Of a DNA stretch of 64,000 nucleotides, positions 19,339-28,373 are shown one piece after another. A program made the translations under genes and the position numbers. The notes under the pieces are model-generated. The model saw only the letters and a list, made by a program, of their open reading frames with translations, ran no database searches and was not told where the DNA came from. Location: IMG/VR virus record IMGVR_UViG_3300027973_000030, positions 1-64,000 of that record; one strand, given 5' to 3'. This DNA is from a virus. Each line of letters starts with the position of its first letter. Position 1 is the stretch's first letter.

Positions 19339-19851
19339 CTATTGATCATAAGCTAGGTTCTGTCCTCCTCTAACTTGTGATTGTTGTTCATCTTGTAAAT
19401 CTCTATAAGTAGCTTTGAAAGATTGTCTTATTTGATCAAACTTAGCAGCAGCATTTATCAGTGCTGTAATGTTACCATCTCTACCATGTTCAATTTCTGT
19501 AGTCTCCATATACTTAGCAAGCCTCTCCACCATGCTTTTCATACCCATGTAGGCACGATAGGTGGGAGTTTGATATAACTTCTCACAAAACTTAATAGCA
19601 TTGCTAATAAGCTCGTCATCCGTTGAGAAATCAGCATCCACCTCTGCAAGTATTAACTCCTCTTTATCAGTCTCTGCAACATCAAAGAAAGGATTTAAGT
19701 CTGGGTTGGGACAAGTCATATAAAAGACATATGCAAATACCTTCATATATTCTAAAGGATGTTCAACAATTATGTCGTTTAAAGACTTTAATGTGTAACA
19801 ATGTTCACTTGGAACAACCTGTCCGTTCTGTATATCAAATAATCTTACCAT
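19339..19851 (-). CDS. Conserved packaging-module protein, possible terminase small subunit (170 aa)
   Basis: Helical protein upstream of terL ending QVRGGQNLAYDQ; positional inference. Confidence 0.5.
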   Translation of the reverse strand: MVRLFDIQNGQVVPSEHCYTLKSLNDIIVEHPLEYMKVFAYVFYMTCPNPDLNPFFDVAETDKEELILAEVDADFSTDDELISNAIKFCEKLYQTPTYRAYMGMKSMVERLAKYMETTEIEHGRDGNITALINAAAKFDQIRQSFKATYRDLQDEQQSQVRGGQNLAYDQ

Positions 19852-20150
19852 TATTCATCTTTTTTTAAAAAATCCATATTATGTTTTGCTCCTTTAGGCC
19901 ATCTAGACTTCTTAACATTCCAGTCTTCAGGAATAGGCGGTGTTAAACTTTCTCCTGTTGTAGGATTACCATAAACTATTAAATCATTTTGATCTACCGT
20001 GCGTATAATTCCTGAATGATATATACGTACAATAAACTGAGGGTTAGATGTAACACTTCCTGTAATCATAAACATAACTAAACATTCTCCTAACTGTTTA
20101 GCATAAGCATCAAAAGGATTGTGTATTTCATGAACAGTTTGTGTTATCAT
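19851..20150 (-). CDS. Hypothetical protein (99 aa)
   Basis: Coupled start/stop overlaps on both sides. Confidence 0.65.
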   Translation of the reverse strand: MITQTVHEIHNPFDAYAKQLGECLVMFMITGSVTSNPQFIVRIYHSGIIRTVDQNDLIVYGNPTTGESLTPPIPEDWNVKKSRWPKGAKHNMDFLKKDE

Positions 20151-20983
20151 TTAGGTTTTATTTTGTCTCTGTTATCTTCTAACCAATGTATAAGAGCAAT
20201 AGCTTCTTGTTTCAAATAAGGAAGGTCATAAGGTATTATATCTTTTACTATAGGATCAGCATTAGAGTCTAAAGCAGTGATGGGGTTACCAAACTTATCT
20301 ACGCCTACAGTTTCAAACGTAATGTGATGTATAGTGAGTACACCTGGTTTTAATCTAGGATTATGTTTAAGAATCATATACAAATACATACTTAACTGTA
20401 AGGAATAGTGCATTAGATTACAATCATCTAGATGAGCTAATGGCGGTGACATCTTCTGCACCTTGCCATCCCAGCTAGTGTAAGCTTCTGTTTTAATTTC
20501 TTTATTAGTCTTGTAATCAGTGATGTGAACTTCTCCATTTATAACTTCTACTAAATCTGATTGTCCACATATGCCGGCAGACTTTAAATATACTAAATGT
20601 TCTGGATAAACACCATCAGTTATTTTTTGTGTAGGTGAAAATTTAACTCCTTCTTTTTCTATAGGTGTAATAACAGGAATAGTTTTACCATGTCTTTCCA
20701 TTGTAGATAGTTCACAAATATCTGTTTCTCTACAGTTGTGATACCATGTTCCTAATGTTGTAGCACGTAATGCTTCATTAGACCATGCCACCTTAATTTC
20801 TTCAGGTGTCATACCATACCATTTAGACTTCTTAGACTTAGATGACTTTTCAGCTATTCTGTCTGCGTCAAATGGTTGTTTAAAATTAGATATAAAACTT
20901 GTAACCGATATCCAATCTGTTGTGTCTTTTACATCTATGCTTGTGTACTTGTGATCTTGTGGGGTGAATCTCAAAATGCTCAT
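20147..20983 (-). CDS. PD-(D/E)XK nuclease (278 aa)
   Basis: ISVT..., GQSDLV...ITDYKT and YSLQLSMY motifs. Confidence 0.85.
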   Translation of the reverse strand: MSILRFTPQDHKYTSIDVKDTTDWISVTSFISNFKQPFDADRIAEKSSKSKKSKWYGMTPEEIKVAWSNEALRATTLGTWYHNCRETDICELSTMERHGKTIPVITPIEKEGVKFSPTQKITDGVYPEHLVYLKSAGICGQSDLVEVINGEVHITDYKTNKEIKTEAYTSWDGKVQKMSPPLAHLDDCNLMHYSLQLSMYLYMILKHNPRLKPGVLTIHHITFETVGVDKFGNPITALDSNADPIVKDIIPYDLPYLKQEAIALIHWLEDNRDKIKPK

Positions 20984-20994
20984 ATGTTTGTTGT

Positions 20995-21324
20995 TTATAT
21001 TCCTAACTTCTGATTAATCATATCCTCTTCTTCTTGACTCACTTCTGCTTTCCAATGTCCCTTTGGACACTCTGAAGATAATGATCTTGTCTTAAACTTT
21101 AAACTGCAACCGCATCCTCCTAATATTGAGTTACAACATGGACCTGTTCCGGCCACCATACATCCTTTATCATCTTCTGTAAATAGATCACAGAAGGTAC
21201 ATATATCTATTCTGTGTTTAGCTATCTGTTCTACATCTTCTCTTTTAAAAATAGAGTTAGCTACTCCCTCAAGAATCTGACCCTTGGATTTCCATATCTT
21301 GATTATATTCTCTTTTAGACTCAT
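20995..21324 (-). CDS. Cys-rich metal-binding protein (probable start MSLKENI, 109 aa)
   Basis: RxxICxxC...CGCxLxxKxR...CPKGHW motif. Confidence 0.65.
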   Translation of the reverse strand: MSLKENIIKIWKSKGQILEGVANSIFKREDVEQIAKHRIDICTFCDLFTEDDKGCMVAGTGPCCNSILGGCGCSLKFKTRSLSSECPKGHWKAEVSQEEEDMINQKLGI

Positions 21325-21688
21325 TAGTTTTGGTTTTATGAAGTTTAATAAAATCTTTTCTTTGTTTCTCTTCATCCATTAATTTCTTAACAGCTTTCAA
21401 ATCATACAAAGTTTCTACCGTTTTGAATCTAGCAGTCATTTGCTGTAGACCCTTCTGCCGGTTAGTCTCTTCAAACTTTTCCAGCATTTCTATCTTACCA
21501 TCTATCTTCCAACTCTTGATGGTAAAATCTCCAAGATTAGTGATATGTATTCTAGCATGCTTTAAACTAGACAAACTCTTTCTCACTTCTTGCCAATAGT
21601 ATTCAACAACCTCCTTTACAAGATGCTCACTAATTTGTAATTCATTAGCTACTATTGGCAGCAGCTCCTTTGACTTTTTAGGCTTCAA
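21269..21688 (-). CDS. HU/IHF-like DNA-binding protein
   Basis: ELL..VANEL.IS...VKEVV...IHITNLGDFTIK resembles the HU/IHF fold; such genes are common in crAss-like packaging regions. Confidence 0.65.
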   Translation of the reverse strand: MKPKKSKELLPIVANELQISEHLVKEVVEYYWQEVRKSLSSLKHARIHITNLGDFTIKSWKIDGKIEMLEKFEETNRQKGLQQMTARFKTVETLYDLKAVKKLMDEEKQRKDFIKLHKTKTNESKREYNQDMEIQGSDS

Positions 21689-22040
21689 CGCATAAAAATT
21701 TAAAGTCTAACAAAATGTTACCACTTGAATACACTTTAATAATCGGATTGATACTAATCTTTTTCTTGTTCTTCCCTTCTTTTACAATAAGGGATTTCTT
21801 TTCTGCTTTTGTTAAACAGTTTCTAACTGACTGTGTGCTAGAGAATATATCTTTATCACTAGCTTTATTACAGAAGTTTGTAAGCTCTTGCTCACCTTCT
21901 ATAGCTAGTAATGTCAGACAATTTAAGTCTGCATCACTTACAGGAATTTTATATAGATAACAATGCGTCAACAGCTGATATTTTACAATTTCTTGTAGCT
22001 GCATCCGTACACGTTTATCCACTTGGTTTACTATTGCCAT
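21678..22040 (-). CDS. Putative winged-HTH protein (120 aa)
   Basis: STQSVRNCLTKAEKKSLIVK recognition helix plus wing. Confidence 0.5.
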   Translation of the reverse strand: MAIVNQVDKRVRMQLQEIVKYQLLTHCYLYKIPVSDADLNCLTLLAIEGEQELTNFCNKASDKDIFSSTQSVRNCLTKAEKKSLIVKEGKNKKKISINPIIKVYSSGNILLDFKFLCVEA

Positions 22041-22471
22041 TACAATTTGATTTTAAAACTTATATACTCTTCACCGGTCTTTGACCAATTTTTATAGACT
22101 AACACTTCTTCTGCACCAAAGTCTTGAAATACTTTCCAGCTTGCACCTTTACGTGCTTCTCCTATAAAGTATTCAAACCCTGATTCTGTTGCCCAGTCTA
22201 AAGCTTCTTTTACTATATCATGACCTAGACCTTGTCCTCTATGGGAAGGCATCACTGTAAAGCTATCACAATGTACTGCATTATCGCTAGTCCATGTCAT
22301 TATGATTTCTGCTACCAGATCTGTCTTGTCTTTAAACCATATACCCTGGACACAATCACCTTGGGACAAGAGATACGTTTTATACCCCTCGTCCCACTGG
22401 ATTGCTTTAGGATGTTCCCTCTCAAATCTATAAGCTAGTTTATAGTCTCTTAGTTTATAAAGGGTGGTCAT
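22040..22471 (-). CDS. GNAT-family acetyltransferase
   Basis: Acetyl-CoA motif A VMPSHRGQGLG. Confidence 0.8.
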   Translation of the reverse strand: MTTLYKLRDYKLAYRFEREHPKAIQWDEGYKTYLLSQGDCVQGIWFKDKTDLVAEIIMTWTSDNAVHCDSFTVMPSHRGQGLGHDIVKEALDWATESGFEYFIGEARKGASWKVFQDFGAEEVLVYKNWSKTGEEYISFKIKL

Positions 22472-22472
22472 T

Positions 22473-22823
22473 CTATTTCTTTTTTAACTTTTTAATAGGA
22501 GCTTCTTCTGGCTGCGTAGGAATCATAATATCATCTCCAACCATAAACCCACCACTAGCAAGATCTGGATTATTATCTAAATCTTCTTGTGTAAGTGTAT
22601 GAGGTTGCCCTTCTGGTTGTGCAGACTTCTGACCCGGTTGTGTAGTCATCTGAGCAATAAATCCTAAAGCTTTTAATTCTTCTGCTTTAGCTACAGCTAA
22701 ATTAGTGTTAAGCTCTTGAAGTTCTAATTGTACCTTCTTAACTTCAATCTGTTCTTTAAAGAAGTTAATTAACTCTTCTTTGGTGGGAACTTGTTGTTCC
22801 TCTGTAATTTGGTTTTCTGACAT
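22473..22823 (-). CDS. Hypothetical coiled-coil protein (116 aa)
   Basis: ORF in the operon. Confidence 0.6.
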   Translation of the reverse strand: MSENQITEEQQVPTKEELINFFKEQIEVKKVQLELQELNTNLAVAKAEELKALGFIAQMTTQPGQKSAQPEGQPHTLTQEDLDNNPDLASGGFMVGDDIMIPTQPEEAPIKKLKKK

Positions 22824-22841
22824 GTTGGTTTTATTTAAAAA

Positions 22842-23153
22842 TTAAAAATCTAGTTCATCCTTTTCTTCAGCATCAGATTCAGTGCCTGAAGAGTAAAGAC
22901 TCTCATTATACTTTATATATAAATCTTGGAATTCTACATAGGGCGTATCTATAATATACGTATCCCCATATTCTGTGAATATAGTGGTACACCCATTCAC
23001 TAACATTTCTTCATCATCTGATGTAAGCTTACATGCTATTACGCAGTCTATGTCAAAAGCAAATGCCATCCATCTACCTTTGTCATCTAGTCCCATCATC
23101 TCAGCTTTGTCTATATCCACTGTATGGCAGTGAATGTTGCATTTATGTATCAT
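22842..23153 (-). CDS. Hypothetical protein (103 aa)
   Basis: First gene of the minus-strand block, downstream of a late motif. Confidence 0.65.
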   Translation of the reverse strand: MIHKCNIHCHTVDIDKAEMMGLDDKGRWMAFAFDIDCVIACKLTSDDEEMLVNGCTTIFTEYGDTYIIDTPYVEFQDLYIKYNESLYSSGTESDAEEKDELDF

Positions 23154-23169
23154 TGGTTATTAGTTTGGT

Positions 23170-23185
23170 CTATACTATAATATAC
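23170..23185 (-). promoter_or_regulatory. Putative late promoter motif (GTATATTATAGTATAG)
   Basis: Repeated motif at the head of the minus-strand block. Confidence 0.55.
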
Positions 23186-23397
23186 CTAATAAGTTTAAAC
23201 TTAACAAATTTAATATTATATAATTTCATTTCAATATTATATTTTTCAACATGTGTTAACAAACCCCCCTATTACTTTTCTACTGGTATAGCCCCCCTCT
23301 ATGCTAGAGGATGAGATGACCTACTAACCATCGGCTCCCCCTCTTATCATTAGCCCGGGTCTACCCGGTATTTATATCCACATTTAAATCCATAATC

Positions 23398-23643
23398 ATG
23401 GCAATGTATTTTGTAAAAAACACAGACAAAGGTATCGTAGTAGTAAACAACAAACTAACTACTAAAGAGGTAACCTTGAACGGTAAGAAACGTATGATGA
23501 GTACACAAGTAGCTGACCTTAAATTCGGCTTCTTTGCTTGTGAAAACCCTGAAGAGATTGGATACACTAAAGGTGATACAGTACCTGTAGTATTATCTGA
23601 CTCTCAAATTGAAGGCAACCTTTATTGGTGCAATCCTGCATAA
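23398..23643 (+). CDS. Hypothetical early protein (81 aa)
   Basis: First plus-strand ORF, followed by hairpins. Confidence 0.7.
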   Translation: MAMYFVKNTDKGIVVVNNKLTTKEVTLNGKKRMMSTQVADLKFGFFACENPEEIGYTKGDTVPVVLSDSQIEGNLYWCNPA

Positions 23644-23789
23644 GCAGGAACCCTGTAAAGGGTTGGACATTGGTAGTACATGCAGCTTAATTTCTAGCTG
23701 CATGTACGTTACCATGTACGTTACTATCTCTAACCACTGTGTATGTAACCATAAACACTGTGTATTCATCCATCACTAAATTTAGTATT

Positions 23790-23942
23790 ATGCTAAAGCA
23801 TTCTAAAACCCTGAAGTTCCGTACATACGAAGACTTCAGACAATGGTACATGTACATCACTAGTAAGTATACACACCTAACAGCACGTTTGTTATCAAGC
23901 GTTAGCGGTGTGTCTGCAGTTGTAGTAATAATTATGTACTAA
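23790..23942 (+). CDS. Small hypothetical protein (start MLKHSK)
   Basis: Short ORF followed by a hairpin at ~23960-23997. Confidence 0.4.
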   Translation: MLKHSKTLKFRTYEDFRQWYMYITSKYTHLTARLLSSVSGVSAVVVIIMY

Positions 23943-24058
23943 CTGATTGATTATCAGAGAGATAGAGTGTGGTAGGCAACTGTCACGCTCTTTCTTTATG
24001 TATTCCTCACCTGCTATTTATACCAACCGTTAAGCGGATTAAATAGCTATAAACTTCT

Positions 24059-24301
24059 ATGTGTATGGATAACGTTCATTACGACAATCAAAGGATCTAT
24101 TGTAACACTAACAAACTACCGTTCTTTGCATCCTCATCTTGTAACCATACATATGGTTGGGTAAGAGATGACAGATACGGTAAGCTTCAGTCCTTATCTG
24201 AAATGTTAGTAGAAAAGTACGGAGATGATCAAGCATTTAGAATATCATCTTCCTCACATATCATTTCATGTCCAGTTTGCAGCCGCAGCTGGTGTGATTA
24301 G
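24059..24301 (+). CDS. Hypothetical protein (80 aa)
   Basis: ORF with C-terminal CPVC. Confidence 0.45.
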   Translation: MCMDNVHYDNQRIYCNTNKLPFFASSSCNHTYGWVRDDRYGKLQSLSEMLVEKYGDDQAFRISSSSHIISCPVCSRSWCD

Positions 24302-24359
24302 ACAGCTCATTTTTGCACCCTTCTGTATAGTAGTTAAATAGTATTTATATATATCTATA

Positions 24360-24635
24360 CTATAGGGGTCAAATATGAGCTCATGAAACAGGAGTTTATC
24401 TGGTCTACTTCACTGATCAGAGGCTTTATAGGTAGAAGCTTAAAACCTATATTTGAACCTATTAGTTGGTGGACTACAATAACCACACTGAACGAGCAGC
24501 AGTATCTGCTTATCAGGTATCTTGTATGGAGGTAAAGGAAACCATACACCTAGCCTACAGTCTCATATCAGCTCCTTTACAGTTGTATATGTTTCACCCA
24601 AAGGAGTGACGGAGAGAACATTGAGTCTCTCTTAA
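24360..24635 (+). ncRNA. Candidate structured ncRNA 1
   Basis: Intergenic; multibranch stems and a possible pseudoknot (see findings). Confidence 0.45.
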
Positions 24636-24656
24636 TCCTTTACATTTATTTTATAT

Positions 24657-24884
24657 ATGATAGTATTTAATACACTTGCGAAAGCTACTCATTATGTCAA
24701 GCATAAGAACACACAATACCTTACGTATCGTAATGGTCCTTCTTATGACTATGAAGAGTATGAATATCACTACGTTAGCAACAAACGTGTCCTTAAAAAC
24801 TTTGGTTGGGCATGTGGTTGTGGATGTGGTAAAAGTACTAACAACACAACAATTATTGGTAAAATTAAATTAACATCCAAATGA
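24657..24884 (+). CDS. Hypothetical protein (75 aa)
   Basis: ORF with WACGCGCG; overlaps the next start by 4 nt. Confidence 0.55.
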   Translation: MIVFNTLAKATHYVKHKNTQYLTYRNGPSYDYEEYEYHYVSNKRVLKNFGWACGCGCGKSTNNTTIIGKIKLTSK

Positions 24885-25102
24885 AAACGATCACTCTATT
24901 TTTAATATATGTGTTTACACATATGTTTTTCTTCCTATTATTAAGCTTAATAGGTACGTTATGGAACCAAAGTTACTCTGAAGTAACTGGTAATGCAAAC
25001 TGGTTTATTTGCTACACCCTCTTTATAGGTTGGTGGATAGCATTAGTTCCTTGTGTAGAATACTATAGCAGGAACAGAGATTATTTCAAAAGACACTTTT
25101 AA
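24881..25102 (+). CDS. Small membrane protein (73 aa)
   Basis: Two hydrophobic segments. Confidence 0.65.
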   Translation: MKTITLFLIYVFTHMFFFLLLSLIGTLWNQSYSEVTGNANWFICYTLFIGWWIALVPCVEYYSRNRDYFKRHF

Positions 25103-25105
25103 GAT

Positions 25106-25345
25106 ATGTATGGATGGTTAGCCCTGGAGATAATGTCAAAGGGGTCTAACATCTATATTATTGTTAACTACACTAAATCAAATACATTGAAAAAGAGTAC
25201 TAATCCCTTATTAGTATTAATGATATGGTTTTTAGTAACTATAATGTTAGTATTGATAATATCATCATGTTCAGCTGAAAGGCATTATTACGCACCAAAG
25301 CAATACCGCTGCGTAGTTGGTAAAGTAAATTATTGGAAACATTAA
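25106..25345 (+). CDS. Small membrane/lipoprotein (start uncertain)
   Basis: Hydrophobic stretch ending IISSC (lipobox-like). Confidence 0.45.
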   Translation: MYGWLALEIMSKGSNIYIIVNYTKSNTLKKSTNPLLVLMIWFLVTIMLVLIISSCSAERHYYAPKQYRCVVGKVNYWKH

Positions 25346-25358
25346 ATATTTAATCCAC

Positions 25359-25523
25359 ATGGAAAAAACACTAATTAGACGCAAAAACTACAGTCTAAAG
25401 TTTATTAAAAACACAGTATTGTTTGGTATCAGCTATGACAAACCAAATTTATTTATTGCATTTCTATGTTTAATCATAGAGATAGATTTTTCTAGAAGAA
25501 ATCAGGGTAAAAAGACCTTTTAA
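25359..25523 (+). CDS. Small hypothetical protein (54 aa), not in the track
   Basis: MEKTLIRRKNYSLKFIKNTVLFGISYDKPNLFIAFLCLIIEIDFSRRNQGKKTF; followed by a hairpin at ~25543-25575. Confidence 0.5.
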   Translation: MEKTLIRRKNYSLKFIKNTVLFGISYDKPNLFIAFLCLIIEIDFSRRNQGKKTF

Positions 25524-25613
25524 TGGTTTCGTATAGTAAATATAAGCTCCTGCGTTTCTACGTGGGAGCTCTATTTGTATTTTATTTCACACATCCATTT
25601 AAATCATTTAATT

Positions 25614-26222
25614 ATGAAAGAGTTTAAACTAAAAAGCCCATCTACAGGTGAAACTGTATCTGTGGTTATCAATTTAAGTAAATACGACAATGGTCGTACA
25701 GCAATACAATTATTACAAAAAGATTTAGATATGGCTATGTATACACCCTATGCTGTAGCTACCGTTAATCTAACTCATGTATTACTAGCTGAAAATGAAG
25801 TGCTTATCAAAGACTATTCTGAAAATGAAGGTATGTTAGACTTTCTTACAAAGAATAACATAGTGTCTTTTACTCCTAATGGTGTACAATCAGGATATGT
25901 ATGGGTACCAGTTTGTATTCTTAATGATGAGTCTGTATGGGGTGAAACACCAAATGTATACTCACTTGATGAAGAACCTGAATACGACAGTGCTGGTTAT
26001 ACACAGGATGATAGAAAGCCTTTAGTAGCATCATATGTTGATGTTAATGAGCGTAGTGCTCCTAATAGTAATGGTTGGATTTCAATGAATAAATTAGATC
26101 CTGCACCAGATGAGATAAACACCACAACAGGTAAATCTATGTGGAAACTTAAAGGTTATAAAATATGGGCAGATAACTATGAGCAAGCTCAGAAATTACT
26201 ACCTATGATTGAATCATTTTAA
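25614..26222 (+). CDS. Hypothetical phage protein (start MKEFK)
   Basis: YxNGRTAIQL...YAVATVNL...IKDYSENEG motif recurring in phage proteins. Confidence 0.7.
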   Translation: MKEFKLKSPSTGETVSVVINLSKYDNGRTAIQLLQKDLDMAMYTPYAVATVNLTHVLLAENEVLIKDYSENEGMLDFLTKNNIVSFTPNGVQSGYVWVPVCILNDESVWGETPNVYSLDEEPEYDSAGYTQDDRKPLVASYVDVNERSAPNSNGWISMNKLDPAPDEINTTTGKSMWKLKGYKIWADNYEQAQKLLPMIESF

Positions 26223-26233
26223 ATAACTATTGT

Positions 26234-26446
26234 ATGACAAATACATCAAGAGGTATTGTATTAGCTATGCTATGTTTGTTCATAGGATATGCAGCTGGTA
26301 CTATTAATAAAAATCATAACAAAATTGACTTACCCGTAGAATTCAATAAACAAACTATATCCACAGACAGATACAATCCCACATTAATGATGGTAGCGTA
26401 TGATACTGTAGATAATGTTTATATATTTGAATATATGGACAAATAA
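26234..26446 (+). CDS. Small membrane-anchored protein (70 aa)
   Basis: N-terminal TM helix. Confidence 0.6.
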   Translation: MTNTSRGIVLAMLCLFIGYAAGTINKNHNKIDLPVEFNKQTISTDRYNPTLMMVAYDTVDNVYIFEYMDK

Positions 26447-26452
26447 AAGTAT

Positions 26453-26662
26453 ATGAAAAAACTATTAGAAAAACTATTTATTGTTAGACCTCCTATTATG
26501 GAAGGTATGATATATACCTCTCGTAGAGAGCCAATGAATATAACACCGGAATATCAACAATGGTGTACCCAGTTTAATGTATCTATGTTAGCAGATAGAA
26601 GATCTGACAATATACGTGTATTAATGGGTGAAAAGATTAAGTATGTATGTTTACACACTTAG
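26453..26662 (+). CDS. Hypothetical protein (69 aa)
   Basis: ORF in the operon. Confidence 0.6.
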   Translation: MKKLLEKLFIVRPPIMEGMIYTSRREPMNITPEYQQWCTQFNVSMLADRRSDNIRVLMGEKIKYVCLHT

Positions 26663-26664
26663 AA

Positions 26665-26935
26665 GATGGTGAAGTTAACATTAGTTAACATGGGTACGTT
26701 CATATCCTAACCTGTATCACTAGACTTGATCAACCGTGAACTACCGCAGATGAAGACTGAACCTTCTTAATTGAACTAGTAGGATGGCTGCCGTAATGGG
26801 GGCATACCAAAGCGTCTTTTGCATTAGCTAACGCTTTATAAGTCAAAATTACCGTGAGTAGTATTGACTGAACCTGACAGCTTAGCTGTATAGATGTAGG
26901 GAACTTCAGCACAATCAGTACGTCAAGCTGATTAT
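26665..26935 (+). ncRNA. Candidate structured ncRNA 2
   Basis: Intergenic, GC-elevated; closing TGAAGTT/AACTTCA, several hairpins, repeated ACCGTGA and GACTGAACCT. Confidence 0.45.
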
Positions 26936-26968
26936 TTTTAATTTTTCATTTATAAATATAAACCAACC

Positions 26969-27367
26969 ATGTCAACAAAAAAACTGACACCAATCATTGC
27001 TAAAGCATTAGCAGAGAAAGTAAGAGCTGAATTAATAGCTCGCCACAAAGGAAGTTCTGAAACCCTTGTAAAAAAGGTAGAAACTTCTAAATTATATAAA
27101 GAGCTATTAACAACTATTAGTAAAATAGAAGAGCTTGAAGAAAGAAAACAAGTAATTAGAAAGCAAATAGAGGAACAATACTCTAATAAACTATCTGATG
27201 TAAGCGTATCTAACTATCACACACCACCACAAATTAGTGTTAACTACCACTCTACATTTTATGTAGATAGCATTAAAGATATGATCTTAATAGAAGATTA
27301 TATGTCTGATGATACTAAAACACCAGAAGAATTTGTAAACTATATTGCTGATAAAATAAATTTCTAA
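26969..27367 (+). CDS. Hypothetical coiled-coil protein (132 aa)
   Basis: ORF track. Confidence 0.7.
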   Translation: MSTKKLTPIIAKALAEKVRAELIARHKGSSETLVKKVETSKLYKELLTTISKIEELEERKQVIRKQIEEQYSNKLSDVSVSNYHTPPQISVNYHSTFYVDSIKDMILIEDYMSDDTKTPEEFVNYIADKINF

Positions 27368-27371
27368 CATT

Positions 27372-27995
27372 ATGTCACTAAAAGATAGAAAGTTTAACCA
27401 TGAGGAAGATGACTTCCATTTGGCAATGGGTATAAGTGAAGAAACTAAAGTTATATGTAAAGAACGTATATTCTTTACATCATTTAGTAACTCTTTACAA
27501 GCAGATGAGTTATTTGATGATAGAGAAGACGCTCCTAAAGAATTTCGTACAGTTACAGGTGATTTAGAAAGATTAATAGCTACTATCACAAACCCTATAG
27601 AGTACGAATATACATTGCTGATATTTATGATGTACCAGCAAATGGCTAAAGAAGTGTACTCTAGATATAGAAACTTTAACGAAGATTCAGCAGAGTCTCG
27701 TGAAGAAAAGATCAAAATGCAGATACTTAAAGGTATAATGAAACTTAAAGAGTTAAAAGATCGTGAAGAAGCAGGTGAAACATCTGATGATAACGATAAC
27801 TTTGAGATTATCAGTAAAGAAAGTCTTACAGAACGTATTAAATTAGTTAAAAGAAGTGGATATAACTTTGACAAGTATTTAAATCTTGTTAAAACTAATG
27901 GTATGATACCTAAGAAAATTAGCCGTTCAGACTTTGACATCAGTGATCTTTTATCTGGATTATTTTCAGGTGATGATGATAGTAGTGATTCATAG
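27372..27995 (+). CDS. Hypothetical protein (207 aa)
   Basis: ORF track; followed by a terminator. Confidence 0.7.
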   Translation: MSLKDRKFNHEEDDFHLAMGISEETKVICKERIFFTSFSNSLQADELFDDREDAPKEFRTVTGDLERLIATITNPIEYEYTLLIFMMYQQMAKEVYSRYRNFNEDSAESREEKIKMQILKGIMKLKELKDREEAGETSDDNDNFEIISKESLTERIKLVKRSGYNFDKYLNLVKTNGMIPKKISRSDFDISDLLSGLFSGDDDSSDS

Positions 27996-28014
27996 AAGGT
28001 TAAAGTTAGTATTT

Positions 28015-28047
28015 AGAAGAGGAGGGCACTGTTCTCCTCTTTCTTTT
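28015..28047 (+). terminator. Intrinsic terminator
   Basis: AAGAGGAGGGC-ACT-GTTCTCCTCTT plus T-rich tail. Confidence 0.7.
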
Positions 28048-28075
28048 AACTTTAACATATTTAACAACCACACTT

Positions 28076-28363
28076 ATGAAGTTTAATAATCCTCGTATAC
28101 AAAAAGGTTTTGGGCAAGCTACTAGTTTAGTAATGCGTGATCCTGATATATCCCTACGAGACAAAGGTTTATATGCATATTTATGTACTTACGCTAACGC
28201 TATAAGCAATGAACTTGTAGTTAGTGTACATAGAATGTCATCAGAATGTGGTGTTACTACGTCAACAATCAAACGTACACTTGAATCTCTAGAAGAAAAA
28301 GGTATCATTAAACGTATATATCAAGGACCAAGAGTTACAAAACTTACAGTTATTCTAAAATAA
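28076..28363 (+). CDS. Winged-HTH DNA-binding protein (95 aa)
   Basis: DPDISLRDKGLYAYL...SVHRMSSECGVTTSTIKRTLESLEEKGII, a phage replication-organiser-type HTH. Confidence 0.75.
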   Translation: MKFNNPRIQKGFGQATSLVMRDPDISLRDKGLYAYLCTYANAISNELVVSVHRMSSECGVTTSTIKRTLESLEEKGIIKRIYQGPRVTKLTVILK

Positions 28364-28373
28364 AGATCTTTAA

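Noticed and set aside
27287-27940. 217-aa minus-strand ORF
   Set aside because: Almost entirely antisense to the plus-strand genes 26969-27367 and 27372-27995; Ser/Leu/Ile-rich shadow composition.
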